Positions 24,917 to 34,875 of a DNA stretch of 64,000 bases are shown piece after piece. Numbering within the stretch: position 1 is the first letter of the stretch; the number at the start of each line of letters is the position of its first letter. The translations under genes were made by a program, and so were the position numbers. Source of the stretch: an uncultured Oscillospiraceae bacterium (GTDB lineage: Bacteria; Bacillota; Clostridia; Saccharofermentanales; UBA5734); contig CAYVHB010000014.1 in the NCBI GenBank assembly GCA_964450865.1, forward strand, positions 2,676 through 66,675. The letters are read 5' to 3'. The notes under the pieces are model-generated. The model searched no databases and was not told where the DNA came from. It was given only the letters and a program-made list of their open reading frames with translations.

Positions 24917-26057
24917 TAAACAGCAAAGGAAAAGTCCCTCAGACTGCGCCGACGACGATTCCTGCAGACGCATACACGACCAGGGTGAAAGTGATGCCGG
25001 AGCGCACAGCCACGACTCGCACGCATACCGCCTCACCGACAGCCGTGCCGGTGCCCACAGCCACGATGCCCACGGCCATGATGCCCACGGCCATGATGCG
25101 CACAGCCACGATGCCCACGGCCATGACGCCCACAGCCATGATCACGGCCACAGGCCGGGCCACGTCCATGCTCATGGTCACAGTCATGATGCTGCCAATT
25201 TGTCCGGTCGCAAGATTTTCTGGGTAACGGTACTCAATGTGACGATTACGCTGGCCGAGCTGGCCGGTGGCCTGATTTCCGGTAGCCTGGCACTTTTATC
25301 GGACAGCATGCATAATTTCAGCGATTCGGTGGCGATTGTCATGAGTTATCTGGCTAACCAGATTGCCCGGCGCCCGAAGAATGCCCGCAAAACCTTCGGC
25401 TACCAGCGGGCGGAGATTCTGGCGGCCTTTGTCAATGCCGCCGTCCTGCTGGCCATTTCCCTCTTCCTGATCGTCGAAGCGGTGCGCCGCTGGCGCCAGC
25501 CGGAGACCATCAATGGCACCCTGATGATGGTAGTGGCAATCATTGGCCTGGCGGCCAACCTGTTTTCGGTTTATCTGCTGGAAAAAGATTCACACCATAA
25601 TCTGAATATCAAATCGAGTTATCTGCATCTGCTTGGCGACACTGTATCCTCTGTCGGCGTTGTGCTTGGCGGCCTGGCCATTCGCTTTTGGGGTGTTCTC
25701 TGGCTGGATCCGCTGATCACGATCCTGATCTCGCTGTATATTGGTAAGGAAACCTGGGGAATCCTGCGCAAAACTGTGGATATTCTCATGCAGGGATCCG
25801 CTGACCTTGATTATCCGTCCATCGTACAGGACATCGAAGCCATTGACCGTGTTCGCAATATTCATCACATCCATTCCTGGATGATTAACGACCGGACGAT
25901 TCATTTTGAAGCTCATCTGGACCTCGATGACATGCCCCTGCATGATGTACAGCTGATTTACGGGCAGGTCGAAGAACTGCTAGCTGAACGCTACGGGATC
26001 AGTCACGTCACCTTGCAGGCTGAAGTGGACAAATGTGCCAACAAAAACGTGTTCTGA
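24912..26057 (+). CDS. Cation diffusion facilitator (CzcD-like) with His-rich N-terminal extension
   Basis: SLALLSDSMHNFSD, TFGYQRAEILAA, YLHLLGD, IHHIHSW, HVTLQ. Six 15-bp repeats at 25056-25145 encode H(S/G)HDA. Confidence 0.92.
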   Translation: MNKQQRKSPSDCADDDSCRRIHDQGESDAGAHSHDSHAYRLTDSRAGAHSHDAHGHDAHGHDAHSHDAHGHDAHSHDHGHRPGHVHAHGHSHDAANLSGRKIFWVTVLNVTITLAELAGGLISGSLALLSDSMHNFSDSVAIVMSYLANQIARRPKNARKTFGYQRAEILAAFVNAAVLLAISLFLIVEAVRRWRQPETINGTLMMVVAIIGLAANLFSVYLLEKDSHHNLNIKSSYLHLLGDTVSSVGVVLGGLAIRFWGVLWLDPLITILISLYIGKETWGILRKTVDILMQGSADLDYPSIVQDIEAIDRVRNIHHIHSWMINDRTIHFEAHLDLDDMPLHDVQLIYGQVEELLAERYGISHVTLQAEVDKCANKNVF

Positions 26058-26163
26058 AAGATGGACAAACCCCGCCAGCCGCTGACCCGGTTTGCTGTGC
26101 GACGACTGCAGCTTCGATCATCCCGCTTGAAGATACATCTGTCCCGGTCTCAGTTGTATCCGT

Positions 26164-27336
26164 TCATTTTGCTGCCACATCCGCTCCGCCCGCCGGCGCA
26201 ACTGAGCGTTTGCGGTTTTTCGCGGCGTACATCTTTCCGTCGATGCGGCGGACAAAGTCCTGGACAATCACGTCTGACTTCGGATCAAACAGGTCATAGC
26301 CGATACTGAACGCCAGCTGGAAGGGGTAGCGCTGTTGCGCATTAAAGGCATCCAGCCCGGCCTCGATGCGTTGCTCAATCATGGCCAGATCGGCAACATT
26401 CTGTACCTCGGCCAGCACGGCGAACTCGTCACCGCCAAAACGACAGATCAGGTCATCTTTGCGCAAGCTGCGCCGCAGCACATCCGCCGCCTCCTCCAGG
26501 GCCCGGTCGCCCAGGTCATGGCCGTAAAGGTCGTTGATTTGCTTGAAATAATCCAGGTCGATCATAAAACCACCCAGATGATACTGGGGACGGGCATTGG
26601 CCTGGTACATTTCCAGATAGCGGTCAAACTGCCGCCGGTTGGCCAATCCAGTCAGGTGATCGGTGAGCAGCGCTTTATTCTGGATGTACAGGTAGACTAT
26701 CAGGATGGAAAAGCTCATAGCCAGCCAGAGCAGGCTCAGGCCGAAAAAGAGAACCTGCAAGGTGCCACAGATAAAGGGTGGCGCGGCAAACAGCAGAAAG
26801 GCATAAAACTCTTTGCGGCGGATTTCATTTTTCCTGATCATCACCATAACAATCGAAACGATAATATAACCATAATCGAGGATCGTCAACAGATGAAAGA
26901 AAGGGCCGCGCTGGTATCGATTGGCCGCGTCAATTACAAACATGTATCCGCCGGACAAACTGGCCAGGGCCAGTAGTGCATTCAGCAGCAAAGGCAGGAT
27001 GATCAGCCGCTCCACCCGGCTATCGTGCCGGGCGCGGCGTCCGGAATGCAGCTCGGCATAACTGCGGATAAAAAGCGTCCAGAAGGCGACGGGCGCCGGA
27101 TTCAGGATGTAAAAGACACAGACGATAAACAACATCGGCCCTCGTCCGCCCACGACGGTCTGCCCGTTGTAGACATTCAGCAGCAGTTCGAACAGCAGTA
27201 GCAGAGCCGTACTGGCCATCATGCCCAGGAAATAGCGCTGCGTGGCATCATCGCGGTTGTGGCGCCGGTCCATATGGAAATAAATCAACGTCAGGATCGC
27301 CAGGCCGGTGAGGCCGGTCTGGATATAATACCCCAT
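26164..27336 (-). CDS. Membrane-anchored diguanylate cyclase (7 TM + GGDEF)
   Basis: Hydrophobic N-terminal half. DHLTGLANRR...IDLDYFKQIND.YGH..GD...RFGGDEF. Confidence 0.9.
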   Translation of the reverse strand: MGYYIQTGLTGLAILTLIYFHMDRRHNRDDATQRYFLGMMASTALLLLFELLLNVYNGQTVVGGRGPMLFIVCVFYILNPAPVAFWTLFIRSYAELHSGRRARHDSRVERLIILPLLLNALLALASLSGGYMFVIDAANRYQRGPFFHLLTILDYGYIIVSIVMVMIRKNEIRRKEFYAFLLFAAPPFICGTLQVLFFGLSLLWLAMSFSILIVYLYIQNKALLTDHLTGLANRRQFDRYLEMYQANARPQYHLGGFMIDLDYFKQINDLYGHDLGDRALEEAADVLRRSLRKDDLICRFGGDEFAVLAEVQNVADLAMIEQRIEAGLDAFNAQQRYPFQLAFSIGYDLFDPKSDVIVQDFVRRIDGKMYAAKNRKRSVAPAGGADVAAK

Positions 27337-27352
27337 ATGTAGCTATCTCCTT

Positions 27353-28201
27353 TCACGGCTGTATCGGCGGTTTTCGCCTGAGACGGCGGATTTCGGCCTT
27401 GCTGGCCGGATCAATGCGCCGGGATTCAGCGATTTTCTGCAAGGCTTTGTTGAACGTGCTATCGTCGAGCACCGGTGTTCGCAGCCAGGCGCCGGTTGGG
27501 CCGGGCTGTTTGTCAAAACTGGTGGCAACGGTCCAGGCGATGGCCATTTTGACATAATAACCGGGGTGGCCGATGCTGGCCATGGCGGCCAGGGACCGGT
27601 CGATATAGGCGTTGTCCAGATAATATTGCAGCAGCATGACGATGCCAAAGCGGACGGTATACTCCTGGCTGGAAAACAGGCAGGGTTGAATAAAATCCCA
27701 GACGATCGCCTGGTTCTGCCGGGCAAAATGAAGCGCGCTGGCAAAGCTGTCGCAGATTGCCCAATTGCTGATTTTAGGCACGAAAGCAGCGATCCGCTCC
27801 AGGCGTTCGGCCGCTGTCATTTTGGCCTGGCCGATAACCAGCCCCTGCAGCAGGGCTTCCTCGTGTGTATCTGCTGTAGCTGTTGCCAGATAGTTGCGCC
27901 AGTCACCCTGGGCCAACTGGCGGGCCAGCCGGCGCAGCTCGGGCATGCGGATGCCCAGGATTGTCCCGGCGCCTGGTATCAGGCCGGCGATAAATTGCCG
28001 GTATTGGCTGTCAGCCAGGGCCAGCAGCTGGTCCCGGAGCTGGCTGGCCAGCAGTGCCGCAGGCTGCAGCTGGTCCGTGAGCTGGCTGGACGCTGGCGGT
28101 ACCGGCCTGTTGCGAATCTGCTTGATCTCTTTTGGCTCGTGCTGTTTCCTCATCTGTTTTTCCGGACATTCACGTGGTGGATGGTCAAGTAGCGACGTCA
28201 T
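27353..28201 (-). CDS. DNA alkylation repair protein (AlkD-like HEAT repeat)
   Basis: GIRMPELRRLA, ISNWAICDS, RFGIVMLL, YYVKMAIAW, NKALQKIAES. Start uncertain. Confidence 0.85.
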   Translation of the reverse strand: MTSLLDHPPRECPEKQMRKQHEPKEIKQIRNRPVPPASSQLTDQLQPAALLASQLRDQLLALADSQYRQFIAGLIPGAGTILGIRMPELRRLARQLAQGDWRNYLATATADTHEEALLQGLVIGQAKMTAAERLERIAAFVPKISNWAICDSFASALHFARQNQAIVWDFIQPCLFSSQEYTVRFGIVMLLQYYLDNAYIDRSLAAMASIGHPGYYVKMAIAWTVATSFDKQPGPTGAWLRTPVLDDSTFNKALQKIAESRRIDPASKAEIRRLRRKPPIQP

Positions 28202-28215
28202 GCGCGCGGCCCGCC

Positions 28216-29094
28216 TCAGGGTAGTGGCTGAACACCGTCATAGGTGCAGATAGACCGATAAAGGTCCGGACGGCGATCGCGGAAGATGCCCCATTCGCTG
28301 CGCTGCCAGGCGAGACGATTCAGGTCGAATTCAGCAGTCAGGATCGTTTCACTGACGCGGTCAGCTTCCTGCAGCTTGTTGCCCTGCGGACCGGCGATAA
28401 AGGACGAGCCGTAGAAGTCGATCGTCGAGTCCTCGTCTGATTCAGTACCAATACGATTGGCGGCAATAACCGGGATCAGATTGGCGGCGGCATGGCCGAG
28501 CATGCACATCTGCCAGTGATCCCTGGAGTCAACGGTCCTGTCGAGCGGCTCGGAACCGATGGCCGTCGGGTAGAATAGCAACTCGGCGCCCTGCAGGGTC
28601 ATGCAGCGCGCTGCTTCCGGAAACCACTGGTCCCAGCAAATGCCGACGCCAATCCGGGCATAGCGTGTCTGCCAGACTTTAAAGCCTGTATCGCCGGGAT
28701 TGAAGTAGAACTTTTCTTCATAGCCGGGACCATCAGGAATGTGACTTTTGCGATAAGTTCCCAGCACCTCGCCGTCAGCATCGATGATAGCCACGGTATT
28801 ATAGCGGGCACAATTTTTCTTTTCATAAAAGCTGATCGGCAGCACGATGGCCAGCTCGCGGGCGATCGGACGAAAATGATGGACTGCCTGGTTGGCAGAC
28901 AGTTCACTGGCGTAGGCGTAATAATCGGCCTTTTCCTTCTGGCAGAAGTAAGGGGTCTCGAAAAGCTCCTGCAGCAGAATGATCTGGGCTCCCCGGGCTG
29001 CGGCCGCGCGGACCAGTTTCTCGGCGCGGGCGATGTTTTCGCTGATGTTGGCAGAACAGGCCATCTGGGTGGCGGCGACTGTCACTTTGCGCAT
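28216..29094 (-). CDS. aguB: N-carbamoylputrescine amidase
   Basis: Nitrilase triad QELF, YRKSHIPDGPGYEEKFYF, ICWDQWFPE. Directly downstream of agmatine deiminase. Confidence 0.93.
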   Translation of the reverse strand: MRKVTVAATQMACSANISENIARAEKLVRAAAARGAQIILLQELFETPYFCQKEKADYYAYASELSANQAVHHFRPIARELAIVLPISFYEKKNCARYNTVAIIDADGEVLGTYRKSHIPDGPGYEEKFYFNPGDTGFKVWQTRYARIGVGICWDQWFPEAARCMTLQGAELLFYPTAIGSEPLDRTVDSRDHWQMCMLGHAAANLIPVIAANRIGTESDEDSTIDFYGSSFIAGPQGNKLQEADRVSETILTAEFDLNRLAWQRSEWGIFRDRRPDLYRSICTYDGVQPLP

Positions 29095-29235
29095 GGGATA
29101 ACTTCCCTCCGATCCGGTCATGATGTGAATGGGTAATCTGACTTGTCTCATCGGAACGCGACATGATCCGCGTCGTTCCGATCAGGCTGGCTTTTGATGA
29201 ACGGGCAGTCGGTGCCGCGGGCTTGGCGGCTGTGT

Positions 29236-30390
29236 TTAGCGGGGGGCCGTCCAGCCGGCGGCCGGCATCTGCTGGGTTGTGCAGTGGACGTTGCCACCTT
29301 CGGCGATGATGCCAAGGCCGTTGACCGGGCGGATGCGCCGTCCGGGGAAGAGCCCCGCAAGGATTTGTGTGGCCATCTGGTCTGTCACAGCAGCCTCGCC
29401 GCCAAAAACCGGCAGAATGAGGCCGTCGTTGACCAGGTAAAAATTGAGGTAACTAAGCGTCAGGCGTTTGCCCCGATATTCACGGCGGGGTGGCTGGGGG
29501 ATGGGGATGATCGTCAGCGGTCGTCCCCGGGCATCGGTAGCCTGGCCCAGAATAGCCAGGTTCTCCTGCGTGATGGCATAATTTTCGTCGGCCGGGTCGT
29601 CGCAGACCTGGATGATGATGGCGCCTGGTGCGGCAAAGCAGGCGATATTGTCGACATGGCCGTCGGTTTCATCACCATTGAGACCTCGTTTCAGCCAGAT
29701 AAACTGGCTGACTTGCAGGTACTGCCGCAGACATTGCTCGATCCGGGTGCGGCTCATCTTGGGATTGCGATTGGGATTAAGCAGGCATTCCTCGGTCGTC
29801 AGCAGGGTGCCTTCACCGTCGACATGCAATGAGCCGCCCTCCATCACCAGCGGCGCGTCAAGGCGCGGTACCTGATAATGCGCCAGGATGGCCGGGGCAA
29901 CCTGGTCATCTTTGTCCCATGGTGCATATTTGCCACCCCAGGCGTTGAAACGCCAGTTCACGCCAGCCAGCTTTCCCGCTGGATCGACCAGGAAGGTCGG
30001 GCCGTTATCCCGCAGCCAGGCGTCATTATGGGGGATGGCCAGGCAATCGATCGGGTAAAGCGGCTGCGCCGCGCTGGTGGAATTTGCCGGCTCAAGCAGG
30101 CTTTTGGGGTCCGCCACGACCGTCGTGACAAACTGGCGGACGATGTCGGTTTCGTCAGGGTTGGTGATGATTGTAACGGGTTCGAATTCGGCGATAGCCC
30201 GGATGATTTCCCTGTAGCCTTCGGCAACCTGGGCGTAATTTTCTGGATAAACCATCGAGTCCTGGACCGGCCAGGCAACGAAAGTGCGCTGATGGCGCTG
30301 CCATTCCGGCGGCATCCGGTAATCGCTGACAAAGGGCATCTCATGGGACAACTCGCCGGGTAACTGGCCTGGCAACTCAATGGGCAGCAT
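29236..30390 (-). CDS. aguA: Agmatine deiminase
   Basis: MPPEW, DAWLRDNGP, FNAWGGK, EGGSLHVDG, TDGHVDN, SYLNFY, GGNVHCTTQQ. Confidence 0.95.
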   Translation of the reverse strand: MLPIELPGQLPGELSHEMPFVSDYRMPPEWQRHQRTFVAWPVQDSMVYPENYAQVAEGYREIIRAIAEFEPVTIITNPDETDIVRQFVTTVVADPKSLLEPANSTSAAQPLYPIDCLAIPHNDAWLRDNGPTFLVDPAGKLAGVNWRFNAWGGKYAPWDKDDQVAPAILAHYQVPRLDAPLVMEGGSLHVDGEGTLLTTEECLLNPNRNPKMSRTRIEQCLRQYLQVSQFIWLKRGLNGDETDGHVDNIACFAAPGAIIIQVCDDPADENYAITQENLAILGQATDARGRPLTIIPIPQPPRREYRGKRLTLSYLNFYLVNDGLILPVFGGEAAVTDQMATQILAGLFPGRRIRPVNGLGIIAEGGNVHCTTQQMPAAGWTAPR

Positions 30391-30440
30391 AGAATGCCTC
30401 GCTTCGTTTTCATTTTGCTGTCCATTATAACATGTATGTC

Positions 30441-30559
30441 CCTCAATGAATAATCCTTTACTGATATGAAAACAGGTCTTCTCAATGAAAAAATCACAAC
30501 TGATATGAAAACAGGCCTTTCAACGAAAAAATCTGCAACTGATGAAAAAACAAACCTCT
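30441..30559. repeat. Three ~39-40-bp imperfect tandem repeats upstream of aguA
   Basis: Units of TCAA(T/C)GAAaAAATC....ACTGATATGAAAACAGG. No spacers. Confidence 0.85.
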
Positions 30560-30635
30560 TGATCAGAACACCGGTCTTTTCTGGCAAAATAAAACCTGTT
30601 CCATGTCAGAAAGGTTTTACACCCGGTGTCATGAA

Positions 30636-30670
30636 GAGAACCCTGCAAATCCAGGGTTTGCAGGGTTCTC
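30636..30670. terminator. 14-bp perfect hairpin between melA and aguA, probable terminator
   Basis: GAGAACCCTGCAAA-7nt-TTTGCAGGGTTCTC. U-tract is weak. Confidence 0.55.
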
Positions 30671-30817
30671 CGGGTTTTGGGATTCAGAATGGAAGTATAG
30701 TGCCATAACAAGGACAAGGATCACGGACGGAGACGGCTCATAGCATATAGCCCGGAATGGCTCGACATTTTATCAGGAGACTTCAGGCGATCCGGTCTTC
30801 AGGAAGCAGCCTGGTCT

Positions 30818-32143
30818 TCAGCGGAAGGCGGGCAGCATGTCGCCGTGAGCGGCAATGAGTTCGTCGACCATGGCCCGGATGTCGTCGATGGAGAGCTGGG
30901 CGGCTGTGTGCGGATCGAGCATGGCTGCCTGATAGACAAATTCTTTTTTACCGGTGACAGCGGCTTCGATTGTCAGCATCTGCGGATTGATGTTGGTCAT
31001 GTTCATGGCTGCCAGCTGCGGGGGCAGGGCTCCGACATAGCAGGGATGGATGCCCATGCCGTCCACCAGGCAGGGCACCTCGACACAAGCTTCACGGGGC
31101 AGGTTTTCGATCAGGCCGCCACGATTGATGACATTGCCGCCGATTTTGTAAGGCGTATTGTTGACAATGGCTTCCATGATATAAGATGCGTATTCATGAG
31201 AGCGGGTGTGGCTGAGGTTGGGATTGGTGACCAGGTCATTGCGCAGCTTCTCCCAGCGGGCGATCTGTTCGACACAGCGGCGGGGATATTCATCGAGCGG
31301 GATGTTGTAGCGTTCAATCAGCTCAGGATAAGCCGGCTTGATGAAATAGGGGTTGTATTCGGCGTTGTGTTCGCTCGATTCGGTGCAGTAATAACCAAAC
31401 TGGTTGATATACTCGAACCGGACCATGTCGGTGTGCTTTTCGCTGCTGTTCTTGGCGCGGGCCCGGCGGCGGATTTCCGGATAGAGGTCATTGCCATCGC
31501 GGTCCCTGATCTCCAGCAGCCAGCCCATGTGATTGATACCGGCGATCAGCTCCTTGCGGTTCTCCAGCTGATCAGCCATGTCCAGTTCCTTGAGCAGATC
31601 GGCCGAACAGACCTGGACGCTGTGGCACAGGCCGACGGTCTTGACCTTGGTATAGCGCTGCATATAGCCGGTCAGCATGGCCATCGGGTTGGTATAATTG
31701 AGGAACCAGGCATCCGGGCAGACTTCCTCGATGTCACGGGCGAAGTCAGCCAGGACCGGGATGGTGCGCAGAGCCCGCATGATGCCGCCGATGCCCAGGG
31801 TGTCGGCGATCGTCTGGCGCAAGCCGAATTTCTTCGGGATCTCAAAGTCGATGATGGTCGCCGGATCATAGCCGCCAACCTGGATGGCATTGACAACAAA
31901 GGTTGCACCACGCAAGGCTTCTTTGCGGTTTTCCACGCCCAGGTAAGCCTGGATCGTGGCCCGGCCCTGATTGACGTTGTTGTTGATGGCCTTGAGCATC
32001 TGGGCCGACTCCTGCAGACGACCGTTATCAATATCGTACAGGGCAATCTGCGCATTGGCGAAAGTTTCTGTTGACAGGCAATCGCCGAGGATATTCTTGG
32101 CGAAGACGGTGCTGCCGGCACCCATAAATGTGATTTTGACCAT
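30818..32143 (-). CDS. melA: NAD+-dependent alpha-galactosidase, glycoside hydrolase family 4
   Basis: KITFMGAGS, QTIADTLGIGG, LNYTNPM, VGLCHSV, AGINHM, ESSEHNAEY. Confidence 0.92.
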   Translation of the reverse strand: MVKITFMGAGSTVFAKNILGDCLSTETFANAQIALYDIDNGRLQESAQMLKAINNNVNQGRATIQAYLGVENRKEALRGATFVVNAIQVGGYDPATIIDFEIPKKFGLRQTIADTLGIGGIMRALRTIPVLADFARDIEEVCPDAWFLNYTNPMAMLTGYMQRYTKVKTVGLCHSVQVCSADLLKELDMADQLENRKELIAGINHMGWLLEIRDRDGNDLYPEIRRRARAKNSSEKHTDMVRFEYINQFGYYCTESSEHNAEYNPYFIKPAYPELIERYNIPLDEYPRRCVEQIARWEKLRNDLVTNPNLSHTRSHEYASYIMEAIVNNTPYKIGGNVINRGGLIENLPREACVEVPCLVDGMGIHPCYVGALPPQLAAMNMTNINPQMLTIEAAVTGKKEFVYQAAMLDPHTAAQLSIDDIRAMVDELIAAHGDMLPAFR

Positions 32144-32464
32144 GTTCGTTCTCCTTGCAGAAATTTTAAAATTTTACTTATATTGCGGATAAGCTGGACT
32201 AAATCAAGGTTTATTGCTGAAAATAATGACCTTATGGACTTGATTATAGCTGTTTATTCGCAGAAATAAATTGATTTAGGGAATCTAAACATGTCATAAT
32301 GTAACCAGGGGTCTCTCATTGATGTAAAGATATCCCGTGGATGTAAGAACTCTTGATGGAAGGTCTCTCATGGATGTGCTGGTTGCCCGGAGCTGCAAAG
32401 GTCATTCATGAACAAAACGGCCGGGCATGGATATCCAGGCTGAATATGCGCCGCGAGAGGACCG

Positions 32465-33283
32465 GTGACCGATGTCATGAACGCTGTGAGTGTTTCAATT
32501 CTGAATCAGCAATTTCACGATCTCAATCCTCTGGTGTGTGGCTGGGAGGATTGTTCACCTGGCCATGGCTGGGGCCCGGCAGCCCGCGATTATTATCTGG
32601 TACACTATATTCAGTCTGGCCGGGGCGTCTTCGAGCGCAAGGGGATACAGGCTCATCTGAGTAGCGGGTCAATCTTTCTGATCCGCCCGGAGGAACTGAC
32701 TTTCTACCAGGCTGACAGCGACGACCCCTGGCATTATGTCTGGATTGGCTTCTCCGGAGCGCGCTGCGCGGAATTGCTGGCCAATACTGCGCTGGCCGAT
32801 GATCGGGCGACCCTTGCCGAGCCTCGCCTGGGCCGGCTTTTTGCCGATATCCGCACCGAAACCGAGCTGCAATCATCCGTTGAGCTGTATTTGTGTGCCC
32901 GTCTCTATGAGTTCTTTGCCTTGCTGCAACGGCCCCGTGACAATCAGCCGGTGAAGAATGAATACGTCCGCCGGGCTGCTGACTATATCAAGGCCAACTA
33001 TGCCCAGCCGGTCAGCATCGAGAGCATGGCCCGCCTGATTGGTATTGATCGCCGCTACCTATGTCGCATTTTTGCCGCCGAAACAGGCCAGACCCCCCGG
33101 GATTACCTGATTCAATACCGCCTGGAGCGTGCTGCCTACTATCTCACTGAACGTGGCTATGCCGTCCAGGATGCTGCGCGCAGTGTCGGCTATGAGGATG
33201 TGTTCAACTTTTCCAAAGCCTTCAAGCGGCACTTCGGGCTGGCGCCGCGGCAATACCGCAACCAGGGCCAGGGCCGGATCTGA
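32465..33283 (+). CDS. AraC family transcriptional regulator (MelR/MsmR-like), divergent from melA
   Basis: AraC_binding cupin (LVHYIQSGRG...FYQAD..DPW.Y.WIGF) plus double HTH (YL.RIF...VGY.DVFNFSKAFK). Confidence 0.92.
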   Translation: MTDVMNAVSVSILNQQFHDLNPLVCGWEDCSPGHGWGPAARDYYLVHYIQSGRGVFERKGIQAHLSSGSIFLIRPEELTFYQADSDDPWHYVWIGFSGARCAELLANTALADDRATLAEPRLGRLFADIRTETELQSSVELYLCARLYEFFALLQRPRDNQPVKNEYVRRAADYIKANYAQPVSIESMARLIGIDRRYLCRIFAAETGQTPRDYLIQYRLERAAYYLTERGYAVQDAARSVGYEDVFNFSKAFKRHFGLAPRQYRNQGQGRI

Positions 33284-33348
33284 AAAGCGGCGGCGATACA
33301 ATCAACAAGATCATTGTCATCTGCTTCGGCTAACAGGAGGATACATCC

Positions 33349-33741
33349 ATGAATTTACCAGACCTGATCGCCCAGACCCGAACCATCCTTGAATACCCTG
33401 GTTATAAGGGAGCCCTGTCCCGCTGCTGGCTGGTTTGCCATGCACCTGTATGCCTGGTCGGTGACCTGCCCGATAATCCGGGGACCGGCATCCATGACGC
33501 CATTGAGATTATCGCGACCCGGATCGTCGAGACTTTCGCGATCGATCCAGCTGATTTGCTGCTGATTGCGGCCGGGTCGGATTCGGCTGGCCAGGGTTCT
33601 TATGCCCGGATCAGCCTGACTCCCGGCGATAATTTCATGCATATTCAGCGCGTGAAATTTATCGGCGCGAGCTTCGAACGCATTGAACCGCAAGCCGTGG
33701 CAATGTTGCTCGGCCTGAATGATGGCGGATCAGGTGACTGA
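33349..33741 (+). CDS. Hypothetical protein
   Basis: Strong RBS AGGAGG, globular composition, DLPDNPGTGIHDAIE motif. Function not recognised. Confidence 0.6.
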   Translation: MNLPDLIAQTRTILEYPGYKGALSRCWLVCHAPVCLVGDLPDNPGTGIHDAIEIIATRIVETFAIDPADLLLIAAGSDSAGQGSYARISLTPGDNFMHIQRVKFIGASFERIEPQAVAMLLGLNDGGSGD

Positions 33742-33760
33742 AGCCCGGGGGAGCCCAGAC

Positions 33761-34507
33761 CTATGCAGCCCGCACTGGCCGGCGTGCCAGCCACAGCCAG
33801 GGCAGATAAAAGACCAGCCAGATCAGCAAGATCAGGCCCAATAATGGCAACAGGTAGCCGGGATTGCCGCACCAGGTTTCGAAAATTGCCAGCGGCGTAT
33901 CAGGCGGTGCGAAACGCAGAAACATGTAATTGCTGCCAAGCAGCTGATTGACCAGGGCTGCAATGCCGGCCAGGCCAGCCAGCAAGCCGAGGCACCGCGG
34001 CAACTGCCGGATATCAGGGCGAAAACCTTCGCCCCAGATCCAGAAGACCGGTATCAGAATGAGCAGGGTATGGGTGGTGATCGATTGCAGGTACTGGAAA
34101 CTGAGCAGCGGATAAGCCCCCCAGTCCGGGGTCAGCAGGGCAGCCAGCGCGCCCGGCATCCCGCAGGCATAGGAAAATTCCTTGAGAAAGCGGCGATTGC
34201 TGAAAACGGCGGCTATCTCAACATACATGGTGACACCGCATAGATGAAGGGGGAGCATTTCGGCTGCCGAGTAGTGGCTGATCAGGGCAGCCCAGAGCCA
34301 GCGGGCCGGCTCAATAACCAGCAGAACCAGCGCCAGCACCTGCATGAGCCGCCGGCGCCGCAATGCCGGCTGATGCCGGTACCAGATGACTGCAAAGACC
34401 ACAACCAGCAGATCAATGAGCAGCCAGGCGAAATGAAGCGGACTGAAATTGGCTGTGCCGACACCTGGCGGCAGCTCGGTCTGGTACATCCAGAAATATC
34501 TGAACAT
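33761..34507 (-). CDS. YwaF / TMEM164 family integral membrane protein
   Basis: FSPLH, LPLHLCG, ALLTPD, HTLL, LGSNYMFL. Confidence 0.85.
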   Translation of the reverse strand: MFRYFWMYQTELPPGVGTANFSPLHFAWLLIDLLVVVFAVIWYRHQPALRRRRLMQVLALVLLVIEPARWLWAALISHYSAAEMLPLHLCGVTMYVEIAAVFSNRRFLKEFSYACGMPGALAALLTPDWGAYPLLSFQYLQSITTHTLLILIPVFWIWGEGFRPDIRQLPRCLGLLAGLAGIAALVNQLLGSNYMFLRFAPPDTPLAIFETWCGNPGYLLPLLGLILLIWLVFYLPWLWLARRPVRAA

Positions 34508-34875
34508 AGAAACGTCCTTTCAAACCGGATCAAGCCGGAATTGCAGTAAATTCATTATAGTTGATTCAGGTACTTTCGCCAACGCTGCCTGGTCATCTCT
34601 TTTTCACGATGACCAGGCACCGCGTTTTCAGGCCCGGAAGCTCTATGCATTTTTTGGATAACTTTGGAAAGCGCACGTTTCAATTGACTTTACTGGTTGG
34701 ATGCCATAAAATAACGATCGTTCGACTAATCATTTAATCAGGCCGGCCGTGACCTGCCAACTGGGCCCGTCAGGTTGGCCAACCGGTTCAGCCGGGACCT
34801 GCATGCAATATTGCCCCACAATGGACCGCCCGGCCAGGCTGGAAATTTTTGGCCTGGCTAACTGACAGGTGGATT

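Noticed and set aside
30441-30559. Possible mini-CRISPR array
   Set aside because: Units are contiguous and degenerate with no unique spacers, and no cas genes are present.
30466-30708. 80-aa ORF with internal repeats (MKTGL...)
   Set aside because: It is a translation of the 39-bp array, with no RBS or recognisable domain.
30845-32074. 409-aa plus-strand ORF
   Set aside because: Antisense shadow of melA, caused by codon bias.
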